From the NCBI GenBank assembly GCA_051294905.1, contig CM119372.1, positions 7,132,001-7,196,000 of the forward strand: a stretch of DNA of 64,000 nucleotides, read 5' to 3'. Origin of the DNA: Botryllus schlosseri. Taxonomy: Eukaryota. Position numbers and translations under genes: made by a program. Of this stretch, positions 11,780 to 24,602 are shown piece after piece. The notes beneath the pieces were generated by a model that saw nothing but the letters and a program-made list of their open reading frames with translations, ran no database searches and was not told the origin of the DNA. The first letter of the stretch is position 1. Every line of letters begins with the position of its first letter.

Positions 11780-12966
11780 CTATTTCACACCTTTTTTGCT
11801 GAAAGTACGACATGCCGCCCGCAGTCTATACCGAAAGTACGAATCACGACCGCACCCATAAGACGCAATAGCCGCATGCGACCCATGCCGTAAGAAATAA
11901 GAGCCGCTCGTCACCCCCGCCATAAGACGCAATAGCCGCTTGCGACCGCACCCATAAGAAATAAGAGCCGCCGCCATAAGAAATAAGTGCCGCTCGCCAC
12001 CCCGGGTTTCGTGTTAGCATCAATAGCCGCTCGCCACTCCCGCCATAAGACGCAATAGCCGCATGCGACCGCACCCATAAGAATACATGGCGAGTCACCA
12101 CAGATCCCGTAAGAATACACGACAGGCGAATCACCGCCACCACCTGTAGCAAAAAAGGCGAGTCACGACCACGAGTTTTCACGATATACACATTAACAAA
12201 GATTCATTCACATGACTATTTACTTGATACATATTCAACACCGGTCGAGTGATCCCTATACCGAAAAGGGTCACCGGTTCAAGACGAGTTTCGAGGCACC
12301 GGTCGAGTGATCCCTATACCGAAAAGGGTTACCGGTCGAGAGATGGCTATACTAGCACCGGTTGAGTGATCCCTATACCGAAAAGGGTCACCGGTTCAAG
12401 ACGAGTTTCGAGGCACCAGTCGAGAGATCCCTATACTCATAAGGCACCGGTCGGGTGGAAGGGGGGTCTGAAAGGGTCACCGGTTCAGGACGAGTTTTCG
12501 CGGCATCGGTCGAGCGATCCCTATACCAACCCAGGCACCGATTTAGCGATAGCGGGGTGTCGTCAACTCACAGATTTCAACCGCCAAAGTCATCAGCGAG
12601 GGGTCACCTCATCACCGCATCCATAAGAACACATGGCACCTCACCGCCGAGAGGGGGGGGTCAAAAGGGTCACCGGTTCAGGACGAGTTTTCGCGGCACC
12701 GGTCGGGTGCACCCATAAGACACAATAGCCGCTTGCCACCCCCGCCATCAGACATAAAAGCCGCTTGCCACCCCGGGTTTCCCAGCCGCTTGCGACCCCG
12801 CCCATAAGAAATAAGAGCCGCTTGCCACCCCAGCCATAAGACGCAATAGCCGCTCGCCACCCCCGCCATAAGACATAAGAGCCGCTCGCCACCCCCGGTT
12901 TTCCAGCCGCTCGCCACCCCGCCCATTAGAGCCCCTGCCACCCCCAGACCGATCTACTATACTACT
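11780..12966. repeat. Modular GC-rich subterminal/TIR repeat region of element 1
   Basis: Repeated CCCATAAGA, GCAATAGCCGC and CGCCACCCC modules (~29 bp), plus ~59-60-bp tandem units ACCGGTCGAGTGATCCCTATACCGAAAAGGGTCACCGGTTCAAGACGAGTTTCGAGGC at 12240-12530. Confidence 0.85.
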
Positions 12967-13152
12967 GTGGTAGGCCTACTATCACTCTTGCAGAAATAAT
13001 TTCCCGAATGACACAGTGAATCTCCGGTCCGATAGCCTTTTCTACACTGAACACAAACTGCTGTTTCTTTTTGACTAAGCACTATCTAAAAAAACAAGCA
13101 AGGTAATTGAAACAGACCATAGTAAGTAAATAATAACATAATGAGTTATAAC

Positions 13153-14171
13153 TAGGGCCATTTAAAGTCATTAAAGTCATATTTTTTTCTATGCATCAGT
13201 AAGCCGTGAAATCAATTTTAACGCAAAAACCGCATCCATATGGGGTGTATTAAGAAAGTTATAAAGTCATATAAAGTCACATTTTCCTGGTTAGGTCATA
13301 TTTGAGTTATAAAGTCATATTGTTGTATACTTTAAATAAAAAGTGCCAATTGAAGCAATTACGCACTAAGAAAGTAAGGCAATTTCTGATTGAACGAAGT
13401 CAAACTGTAGGGTTAGGCTACATAACATTACAGTCGCAGACCTATGAGGTCACACATTGCATTATGAGGTCACACATTGCATTGTGTTGCTACACAATCT
13501 GTTTTACTTCTGTACACTGAAGTGGGACGTCGACTTCCACAAGTGAAAGAAATAGTCAACGCACGGGAAGCTGAAGGAGTTATTGTAAAGGGCGTCAAAG
13601 ATTCAGTGAACGATCCAAAGTTGACGAGTCAGTTAACAGAAATATGCCTCCACTACAAAATATTTAAAACTTGATACTGAAAATGGAAAGTTGTGCGTAC
13701 ACTATCAAAGCGGCTGCTAATGCTGATCTAAATGCCCACGATTTCGGAAAAGATCCGCTTGAGCTCAAAAATTACATTAAGAAGCGATTGGACAAAAACG
13801 ATGTGAAACAAATTATGGAGCTACAAAGACAAGACATTTCAGCAGCGCTGTATGCAAAACTGCAGAAGTGTCAACCAACATCAACGTCTGTGGAGAGCTC
13901 ATTTTCCTTACATAAGTCATTTTTACGTCCAAATCGTAACTTTAAAGACTCCAACATTCCACACTACATGAAACTGTACTACAAAAGTGGTTTAAAATAA
14001 AAATGGATGTGTAATTACAGTTATGTTGTTCCTGTTTTACTCGTCAGTTCCATGAGTGACGTTGGTTACATGTAAAAATACACGATTTTCGCATAAAGTC
14101 ATATAAAGTCATATTTTCCCAAAAATAAAGTCATATAATGGATTTTTTAAGGTCATATAAAAATGGCCCTA
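13153..14171 (+). mobile_element. Non-autonomous hAT element with transposase C-terminal remnant (13477-14000)
   Basis: TIR TAGGGCCATTT/AAATGGCCCTA; exact 8-bp TSD GTTATAAC (13145-13152, 14172-14179); subterminal AAAGTCAT repeats; PTSTSVESSFS...LRPNR hAT dimerisation-like motif. Confidence 0.85.
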
Positions 14172-14253
14172 GTTATAACGAACACCGACAGCTCTACTTG
14201 CCCCCACCATCCCTCTGTCTTACTCACTCTTACTCCCTGAAACATATATATAA

Positions 14254-15936
14254 CACTGGTCAACACATATTTTTAGGCAGACAAAGTAAGAGTGGTTTTG
14301 GGGGTTTTGAAGGGTACTGATTCCGAATATGACCTTATTTTTTTCAAATTGACTCTTGTTGTGGAGATAACCCTAGGGGCTATTTTGACCAAAATCTCCC
14401 ATTTCCACGGTAATGACTAGATATAAAATCGGCTTAGTGGTACTATAAAGTTTAGAAATTCAATGTACTTGTTATTTCTACACACAGAAGACTATATTAA
14501 ATCAAAATACAGCAACAGCACTATATTTTGGGGTATTAGATTTATCATAGTTACAGACTTTCACTAGGCTTACCATACGTCCTCTTTTAAGAGGATTTGT
14601 CCTCTTTTTTTACTTTTTTGAAAGTGTCCTCGGAGGACGCCCTTTTGTCCTCTTTTTTGAGATTTTGTCCTAAAGATGACCTTTTTTTTTTAGTCAACCG
14701 ATCGCAAAGTGGGAAAAATTCACCGGTTTTTGAAAATTCTACTCCGGTTTTGCAAGTTGCAAATTTCTGAAAAAGTGTCCTCTTTTTAGATTTCCGAAAT
14801 ATGGTAAGCCTACTTTCACGGATATCATGTACATAAATAAACTCCAGTCATGTATATGAGTATTTACCTAGATACTCAAATAACGTGGCAATAATTCAAT
14901 CAGTTTTACGTCAACCACCTATCGTAAATTTGAAATAATCAGTTGGAATACAATATTATTGACATATTTTAAATCGAAATTGTTTTGTTGTACGATTTTC
15001 GCCTGCTGCAAGCTATTTAGTGCAGTTTCACGAAAGGTTCCAGCAACGGTCTGACATAATATGCTCAATGGTTCGTCTCATCTGCCGTGGTATCTTTCTA
15101 TTGTTGTTCTGATGTCTTGTTAGAACATCTCCCTTGCTAATCAACATGATGATCGTGAAATATATCAAGATGACTGAACAGGAAGTGAACTTTTATGCTC
15201 ATGTTTGTTCCAAGTTTTCGATATGCAGATACGAATTTTCGGACCAACTGTTTGTAGTTGGGTTCTTTGTGATCAGCTAAAAAGTTTTATTTACTACATC
15301 TTAGGAGAAATCACATGCTGTGAACTCCTCCTAATGTGAAATTGGAATCTTTCATCGGCATTCGAATATACCAGATACCAGATTTAAGCTTCTCGTTTGA
15401 TAGGGTTACTAGGTATACCCACTTCGTTGACTCAGTGGAAAATTATCCATTTAGCAGTCAAAAGAAATGAAACACATAAAATTATTGTAGTTAAGTCTTT
15501 CAAGGACAAATTTTATAGTTTTATACTCCTCTTTAATTTTGGTAAAATGACCAATTAATACAGGAGAAGATGAATTTCCGTTTTCGAAAAGTAGAATTTT
15601 TAGGCTTGACAAACTGCTTTTTTGACAAACAAATATTTTGCATCATGCCATGTTAATATTGATAGAATGACTGAGAATGACATGATGGTTCTTCATAGTT
15701 AATTAGCCATTTATGCGCAGTATAAAATTAGAGAAAACTACGATTTTCGTCCCACCAAGTGAAATATTTAAGGGTACATACAGTAATTTGGGCTTTTTTA
15801 GGGGTATAAATATCTTCTGACAGAGAGCCAATCTGACAAAACTAATGTGATATTCGTAATCAGCAACCTCAAAACCCCCAGAAACGGCTCTCAAATGTTC
15901 TGCCTAAAAATTTTTTTTTCATTTTGTTGACCAAGG
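14254..15936 (-). mobile_element. Decayed Chapaev3 (CMC)-type DNA transposon
   Basis: Ends CACTGGTCAACA / TGTTGACCAAGG flanked by TAA. Minus strand ~15060-15230 reads AYRKLGTNMSIKVHFLFSHLDIF...QGE.F.QDIRTTIERYHGR, the MSLKxHFLxSHLD...EQGERFHQD...ERRYQGR motif. Confidence 0.75.
14565..14812. mobile_element. Small MITE nested in the Chapaev3 element
   Basis: TIR TAGGCTTACCATA/TATGGTAAGCCTA; duplication CTTTCAC on both sides; internal GTCCTCTTTT repeats. Confidence 0.85.
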
Positions 15937-18900
15937 TAATTCTATTTTATTTTCATATATTCCTTTTACATCTATATCCTGCTTTTCTGTTGGTAATTCA
16001 TTAGTTTCTTGCCTTTTGTTCATATTTTTGTGTTAACTTTTTCCCCAATTTCAATTTTTACCCCTTGGCACGTTTTTGGTCATAACTTTTTTCCCCAAAG
16101 TAAAAAAAGTGACAAAACCTATCATTGAAAAGCTGGTAAAATTATCTTTCCAACGGTATATAATACGTCTTTATAAGAATTTTTTCTAGGTTGACCCATT
16201 TTAGACCAAATTCTACAGGACTACAAGGGGTGCGAGCGACTTTTATCAACATGGCGTCACAATGGCGTTTTCCAACGTAAAAAAGTAACTTTATGATGGT
16301 AACATGAATTTTCTGACAACAGTGATTTTAACACAGGTGCCGCGAGAGGTTTGCCGGTGAGCCGTGACTTGAAGTGTGGTAACAAATGTTTTATTCATTT
16401 TTTTTAATCGAAGGATTATTTTACAAAATGTACGTGATCTAAGAATCGTCCCTATGCCACGAACCAATTATCAGGTCATCCTTAGTAGCATGCGTTATGA
16501 TTTCATAGTAGAGTTAGAGATTACGCAAATCGATAGGCCCTAATTTTTCTAAGCCCGTCCGAAAGTGTTTCGTACACGATCCTGGTGTGTTACGACCACT
16601 GAGCTGGTGGTTACGAGTCGACCAGGTGATAGGCAACCAAAGCGGAGGCACCCGGCGTACGATTGGATCAATGGACTGGACAATTTCTAGACCTCTAATT
16701 TTCATTTTAAAGCAGTGGTTCCCAACCTTTTTGTCTTCATTCCCACTTCAGATTTATTCCGAGCCTTCATTCCCCATCAGGACCGTAAACGCGCGAAGCG
16801 CGAAAAATTTATATAATTCATGTTCGATTCGGTCAATATGATCGGGTTTGGCCTATAATTTGCTATAAATTTTTTATCACCTCTCTGCTCACGTAATCAG
16901 ATCTACCGGTAAAGCTGAGTGAGGTGTCTTGGAAAAGGTACGATCCCTAAATATGAATTGAACATCTTCGGGCAGACCCGTTGATATATTGACTTCGTTA
17001 CATGATGCTATTTCGTGACCTCCTATATAATAATGCTATGTCAAAAGATATGGAAACTGCCAAAAGTAAAAGGCACGCACGATTTCAAATTTGTATTGCT
17101 TTACTGGCAAATAATTTTTCCCTGCACGATGGCAATTATTGTAGAGTTACCATATTTTTGTGAAGCAAATTCCGGACACTCTTTAGCGCCAACTAGCGGA
17201 TTTGAAAATGAGGTGACATATTGTCTGTCAATATGACGTCACACTAGCAAAGCATTGCCCATCGACTGTATACAGCAGTGGTAATGGTGCGCGAAGGTCT
17301 TCCAGGTGGTACGCGAGAAGATTCTGTTTTTTTCGACTGAAGGGATTTATTAGTTCAAGGGTTGATCCTGAGTTTTTGAAGCCGCCGTCGTCGAGGTAAG
17401 GTCGTCGTTGTTGGTAGTGGTTATCCCACCAGTGACGGCCTACTGGGAAGAGATCTAGTCGTAAAGCATTGGGATTCGTACCCAACCAAATTCTGTTTTA
17501 ATATATTTGACCACAAGAATTTCAAATGGATCCACTATAGAAATCATATACTGCGCCCTAACATGCACCTCAACATGGTGGAAACATTTTGACCGCCTTC
17601 AGCGCGCTTATCTTATGTAGGTGGTACGCGAGCACTGCATAAAACCTCGAAATGGTACTTGGGAGAAAAAAGGTTGAGAACCACGAACCACTGGTATACG
17701 GGAATGCAGTGGAACATATAGGTCTTGGATTGGGTCATCTGTAATGTGGGCTCTGGTGATTTCTGTTATGTTCGTGCATTTTACGTTGGTATCGTTTGTT
17801 TCTTATTTGTCTAGGATTAGTAATTACCGCCAATCATTATTTCCTCGTGTGTCGTGAGTAGTAGTATATATCGGTCGCATGACGCAATGGTGTTCTTATG
17901 GGTGCGGCGGTGACGCGCCTGGAAACTCGTGGTGGTGATGCGCCGTTTTAGACCCCCCTCTCGGCGGTGATGCGCCATGTGTTCTTATGGATGCGGTCGT
18001 GATTCGCCTTTTCGGGTATGGGCTGCGGCGGTGATTCGTATTGAAAACTCGTGGTGGTGATTCGCCTTTTTTGGTATAGGCGATGGCGGTGATTCGCCTG
18101 TCATGTATTCTTACGGGATCTGTGGTGACTCGCTATGTATTCTTATGGGCGCGGCGGTGATGTGCCTGAAAACTCGTGGTGGTGATTCGCCTTTTTTGGT
18201 ATAGGCGGTGGCGGTGATTCGCCTGTCATGTATTCTTACGGGCTCTGTGGTGACTCGCCATGTGTTCTTATGGGTGCGGTCGTGAATCGTACTTTTAGGT
18301 ATAGACATCTCTTACATATCGTACTTTCGGGTATAGGCATCACTTAACAGGAAATTCACTAATCCGCAGTGCATTGTGTGATTTTGAAAACCAGATGTTG
18401 GCGGTTGTATTTTGACCTGTGTGACCAACTAAATACGTCCGTTTTGGAAATTCGGAGCGCGCACTATCGCATCGATTATCACACTAATACAGTCGGTGCT
18501 ATTACATTCAGCAGTATTCAGTATTCAGCAGCGACACGAAAAGCGACCAACAAATAACCGCGCTCGTAAATTAACACTTCAAAAAGTGTAAAATAGTTTG
18601 CAAAACCCCGCGATCGCTGACGAGATAATGTCTCGGACATAACCATCTTTCGCGACTTGGTGTTACAGGTATATCGATCGCTCACGCGGTGAAATTTTAG
18701 TAATCAGTTAGTCACAGAACTTGATTTCGCTGGTAAGATTTAATAAATACCGACTAACAGAACCATCAGTGTGGGTAACTTGAATAGCAACAAATTGTCA
18801 CTTATTTCCGCCCTAACCCTAATCCTTTGTGAGATTACCACATACTCAAATAGATGCGAAATAAGTGTGAAATCATACAATCTTTTTAGGAATATTACTT

Positions 18901-19849
18901 GACTTGACCAACTTTCGGCTCTGTTTTCGATTTCCACACAGTCGCTATAAGTTTCCACGCTTCTAGAATAGGATTGACTTTAGACACGTCATAAGAATCA
19001 TGGTAATATTCAATCAATGTGTCAATTTACCAACTCGAAATCTCACTCGCGCTACAAGTGAAGCTGAATTGTATCCGAATATGCTAATTTACCGCCGCTC
19101 AGCGCCAAACTGACTCTGTATAACAATATTACGCATGCGCGGTATTTCAGATTGGTATAATGTCATTATCAGCAAATATTTCACCAACTTAATCGTTTAC
19201 CTTTACACGAATCAAAGCTAAAGTTGAAACGACAATATCAAGGTTTGAAACCTTACAACTCGATCAGTGATTTTTTATTCAACTGTAAAATAAGTTAATA
19301 TTCTGTAAGACACAACAATTATTGCTCGGGTAATGTGACATTGAGATTACCAAATTGTATATTGAGTATACGAGATTTGAATGTTTGACTAGTGATAGAC
19401 TGAAAAATATCTCGCAAGAGAATCCATGTGTTATGATGCAGGCTATCGTGACACAAACAAATTCAATACGGAATATCTATTAACCAATTGGCCCCCCAAC
19501 CCGAGATTCGAGTGTTCGATCAGTGCTCGATAAAAATTATTTTCATGTATACCAACTCTTGCGTTGTGGTGAAGGGTGTTACGGTATGAGCAAAGTTTTA
19601 ATAAACACCATTATCAGCACCCCGATTGAGAAAAAACTTGATTCGTATGTATGAAAAGTGTTTGATTGGGAATTTATCTATTTCTCACAATCCCGCCACT
19701 GTTTTGAGGACTGGTATTATATGATTATTAAATAATATTTCACAAACTCAAGCCACTGTTTTTGAGGAATGGTATTATATGATTATTAAATAATATTTCA
19801 CAAACTCAACCCTAATCGTAAGACTTGAGAGAAATCACGTATTCGCTTG

Positions 19850-20140
19850 ATGATAACACGCATGCGACAAAAAAACATCACCGCGATTTTGTAAACTGAT
19901 CATACTAATCAGGGTATTTACCATCACGCTTCTAGAATAGGATTGACTACTAAAGGTAAATTCAGATAATCCAAAATGAAATATCTCAACTTTGACATAG
20001 TCTGAATTGAAATAGATTGACAAGCATACCTACCAACTTTCACCCACTCACATTTCGAAATTATGCACACATTGATTTGAAACAAGTAATGTAACATTAC
20101 AACTCTATTCCCGATCCAGCTTTCCGTTTGTCAAAGAGAC
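19850..20140 (-). pseudogene. Decayed packaging-ATPase (A32/FtsK-HerA-like) remnant; further copies at 22455-22620 (+) and 63690-63960 (-)
   Basis: Walker-A-like GGA AAG -CT GGA TCG GGA ATA (GK[S/T]GSG[K]) at ~20108-20127. Walker-B and downstream-like KYFILDYL...FRH(R/H)TITFLIIRTQ, clearest in the 22.5-kb and 63.7-kb copies. Confidence 0.45.
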
Positions 20141-20195
20141 ATTTTAACATCTTACCATACTCAAAAGAATTATTCACAACATTAACAAGTGTTTA

Positions 20196-20482
20196 AAATC
20201 TAGTTTTCACTTACTTGACTATATCACTACAACTCGCAAACTTGAATTAATTCATCCTGATGGTATTCGTATGACTGATAATTTTTATTCAACTGTAAAA
20301 GTCGTTACTAATCTATAACACAAAGTAATCACTACTCGGAAAATCTAGTTTTCACTTACTTGACTATATCACTACAACTCGCAAACTTGAATTAATTCAT
20401 CCTGATGGTATTCGTATGACCGATAATTTTTATTCAACTGTAAAAGTCGTTACTAATCTATAACACAAAGTAATCACTACTC
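20196..20482. repeat. Tandem duplication of ~145 bp (a ~59-bp tandem pair also lies at ~19694-19809)
   Basis: AAAATCTAGTTTTCACTTACTTGACTATATC...AAGTAATCACTACTC occurs twice, near-identical. Confidence 0.9.
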
Positions 20483-23400
20483 TGTGCATACGACAAGATT
20501 TGAATACTCGGTCTATGATAGCAATTCGCACAAGTGAATCCAAGACATCGGGCTGTGAGAAAATCTTCACCACATTGACCTACTGCCTTATCCAACGTAC
20601 TCAAAGTAAGTAGACACGATTTCAGTAATATACACAATCATTACAACTGTAAACTATACTAATCAATCTCGGTCGTATTCACATATCACAGACCTGTGTT
20701 TTTTTTTTATTCCTTCAGTAAAATGTAGTCGTATTAATCTGACGATAACGTGCACACACAAGAAACATCACCGCGATTTTATAATTGATCACCCGACTAA
20801 GGGTACCAATAAACATCACCGGGAATTTTATAAACTAGCCATATTACTCAATACATCTATCAATATCAGAACGCAAGGTCCAATACCGAAAGAAAAGTAC
20901 TTTTTCAGTTTAATAAAAATCAAATCATTCGTCTTCATCTTGTGAATTGTCACACACCCAACTAATATCATACCAAACAGTTATTTACAACAACCAAGAC
21001 ACAGAAAATTTGTTTTGGACGTTTCGATTTTATTACTGGATGTACTGATCCCTTCGCTTCATACAATCTGGATTTGAACACCATCGAACCTTTGGTATCT
21101 ATCGTTTTGCTGGATACGAATTATGTTAGTAGACTATCTTGGGTTATGAACTCAGTGTGTTAGCGGTCATTCAATATTTTGTAGTATCAACTAGTTACTT
21201 TGTAGGATACGAATGATCATCCTCACAACTCTTACAAAAGTACGAAGGATATTTACATCACACAAAGTAGTCGACTTTACTCGATATCCTCACACTACGA
21301 AACTAAATGATTGCTTAGACTCTACAAACTGTTTTTGATGTCGTTTTTTACACGAATGGTCACACATCTAAATATTCAAATAATCCAACACACAACTATA
21401 GTACTTACAGAAATATCATAGTTCTTGTAACAAAGTTGTATGAGTATAATGTTTATCGTAAGTCCTACACAGTCATATCCATCCGAGTTTGACTTTTAGA
21501 AAACATTATACCGACATCGCGACATCTTTCAAAATTAAAACCACGGTGACCGCTTGAGATACCTACCAACGATATCACAGTAATACAGTTACTTCCACAA
21601 AAGAGTATGTATTCGACTTACTTTCCACAAATCTAACGCACAAAACAATTTACTTTGCTAACGAAAAGTGCTGAGTCATCATATGATTGTCCTCGCAACA
21701 ATACAACTAAAACATACTATCATACAAAATGGTCGTTATAGTTTGCATACCAACGATACATCGTACAAGTAACAAGTCTCGAGAATCCAGTTATTCAAAA
21801 AACGTGAAAGTGTTTCTACGCCAAGTCGTTATGTTGACGAAAGCGTATTTCGTAATATCATGATCGATTTGCATTCGTTGGTCACAAAATGTCACTACTC
21901 TAAATAATTATTTTTCACTCAAACACAAAAGCATACTTGTCACCAATCGTTTTCATCAAGCACGAGTTCAAGAAGCTTACTACGACATGAATTCATATTT
22001 TTATGTTGTGTAAATAGGTAATAATCAATTTTAGTAACACTATATCAACATCATCGAGTTGTGCGAATAGATTTACATGTGGTCTTGTGGTTTTAATCGA
22101 AGTACACAGCACGATCTAATGTAGAGCCATCTCTATTGTACAGCAACTCGGTAATCGAAATGCATACATTAACATTTAAACAGCGATCTTGTTTCGTCAC
22201 GCGAAAAATATGTTCACTGTCGCGATACTCAGCACAAGACGTGCAAATCCTTTTCACCCTCGTAATAGTATACCAACGGCTACCGACGACAACGTTTAAC
22301 AATACCAACGACACTGGAAACACTGAAACCACAACACTTAACCGAGTAAAAATACATTTTCCTTTGGCTACATGACACTTACCCGACTAAACAATATCAT
22401 TATCACCTGGAGATCCACCGTTACCCGAGTAACAAAACCATTTCCATATCAACCATACCAACCATACCAACTTTCAATCCAGTCAATGTCAAAGTCCAAA
22501 TATTTCATTTTGGATTATTTGGATTTACCTTTAGTACATCCCGCGAATGGATTCCGACACCACACTATAACATTCTCAATAATAAGGACTCACGGATTTT
22601 CAATCAACAATACCTGCATTTTTTGGTAATGTTAGAGTTGGCAAATGATTAGTTGCGTGTTTTTTGTTAAGCGTTTGATTTCGCAGTAATAAATACAACG
22701 ATTGTATGTGCATACTTGCAATTCTTGATTCTCATTGAGTTAGTTTGTATTGATTCTATAGGCGTGAAAACAGCAGCGCGGAATGTGCGAATAATCCGAT
22801 GCGGCCGAATGTTAGCGTCAGTAATATTCAGGTTACGTTTGATTCGATAGATCGTGTTAAAAGGATTTCTCAAAGGATTTGAGTTGTGTCGAATCAACAC
22901 ATTCAAATACGAATCAACTTGATTTGTGTATAGTGAGTTTCATTTCAAGTTGACAAACTAACACATTGATTGAATATTTTCATGGATCTTATCACGCAAC
23001 TAAAGTCAGCCACTATTCCGGAGGCGTGAAACATATAGCGATCGCGGGCAAGTGTCAAATTGTTGGTTTTCGAATCACCGTCTGCGACGGCTCTGTGACA
23101 AACTTATTGCGGAAATATTACCTTGTGAGCGATCGGTATGTCTGTAACACCAAATCATGAGCGATCGCTATGTCTGAAGCATTACCCTGTGAGTGGTCGT
23201 AGGATTTTAAAATTATTTCACACCTTTTTGAATAAGCGTTCACTTCACAAAGGATTAGGGTTAGAGCGGAAATAAGTGACAATTTGTTGCTATTCAAGTT
23301 ATCGACACTGGCGGTTCTGCTAGTCGTTACTTATTAAATCTTACCAGTGAAATCAAGTTCTGTGACAAACTGATTACTAAAATTTCACCGCGTGAGCGAA

Positions 23401-24602
23401 CGGTATGGCTATGACACCAAGTCGTGAAAAAAGACTATGTCTGAGGTGTTATCTTGTGGGCGATCGTAGGATTTTACAAATATTTCACACCTTTTTGAAG
23501 TGTTAGTATGTGAACGCGGCTATTGTTGGATTTGAATCGCCGTCTACGCCGGCTCTGTGGCAAACTAATTACCAAAATATTACCAAGCTAGTGATTCCTA
23601 GATTTAGCAAACTATTTCACACCCTTTTTTGCTGAAAGTACGACATGCCGTCGCAGTCTATACCCGAAAGTACGAATCACCGCCGCGGCCATAAGAATAA
23701 CGATATATTATACCACACTCACCGTAAACGCGGAACGTTAGCATGTCACCGCACGTATACCAAAAAACATTAGCATGCCACCACGAGTTTTCCCGTTAGC
23801 ATGCGACCGCCGCCTATACCCGAAAACGTTAGCATGCGACCGATCCCTATCTCTGTAACGCTATCATGTCACCCGAGCCATTATCTTGTCAGCGATCGCG
23901 GGGTTTTGCAAACTATTTCACACATTTTTGAAGTGTTAGTTTGTGAACACGGTTATTGTCGATATTCGAATCGCCGTCTACGCCGGCTCTGTGGTAAACT
24001 AATTACCAAAATATTACCTTGGAAGTGATTCCTAGATTTAGCAAACTATTTCGCACTGACTGGATTAGTGTAATAATCGATAGTAGCACACAGCTGCATG
24101 GGAAACAATTCAGCGCGCAGGTCATTCGAAATATAGGTCGCACGCGCTGTGTAATCCTCTTGCACAACAAGCCGCGTTTCCGTCTGCGCGGTTATTGTTG
24201 GTGACTATTCAACACCACGCGAGAGATGGTTGAAAGTGCGAATCACGACCGCACCCATAAGAATACATAGCGAATCACCACAGATCCCGTAAGAATACAT
24301 GACAGGTGAATCACCGCCGCAGCCTATAGCAAAAACGGCGAGTCACGACCACGAGTTTTCACGGCGAATCACCGCCGCAGCCTATACCCGAAAAGGCGAA
24401 TCACGACCGCATCCATAAGAACACATGGCGCATCACCGCCGAGAGGGGGGTCTAAAAAGGCACATCACCACCACGAGTTTCCAGGCGCGTCACCGCCGCA
24501 CCCATAAGAACACCATTGCGTCATACGACCGATCTATACTACTACCGTCGTGCTTTGTATTTTTACCCTGTGTTCTGTTGTCTCGTAGTCTTTCGTTTAA
24601 CT

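Larger units (their letters stand above)
4588..12966. mobile_element. Polinton/Maverick-like element 1 (defective; one terminus at 12966, other end replaced by fold-back)
   Basis: Terminus ...GACCGATCTACTATACTACT at 12966 matches the ends of the 17857-24546 element. GC-rich modular subterminal repeats at 11780-12950; internal homology to 21000-22320; ghost pPolB and capsid genes. Confidence 0.75.
17857..24546. mobile_element. Complete non-autonomous Polinton/Maverick-like element 2 (6690 bp)
   Basis: Begins AGTAGTAGTATATATCGGTCGCATGACGCAATGG and ends CCATTGCGTCATACGACCGATCTATACTACTACC. TIRs ~17857-18160 / 24240-24546; exact 6-bp TSD GTCGTG (17851-17856, 24547-24552). No long ORF. Confidence 0.88.

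Noticed and set aside
11780..12950. Overlapping Gly/Ala/Arg-rich ORFs
   Set aside because: Artefacts of GC-rich terminal repeat modules; present in several frames with no domain signal.
18811..18822. CCCTAACCCTAA (and TTAGGGTTAG at ~23255) as telomeric repeat
   Set aside because: Only two units, embedded in the element's mirrored subterminal block.
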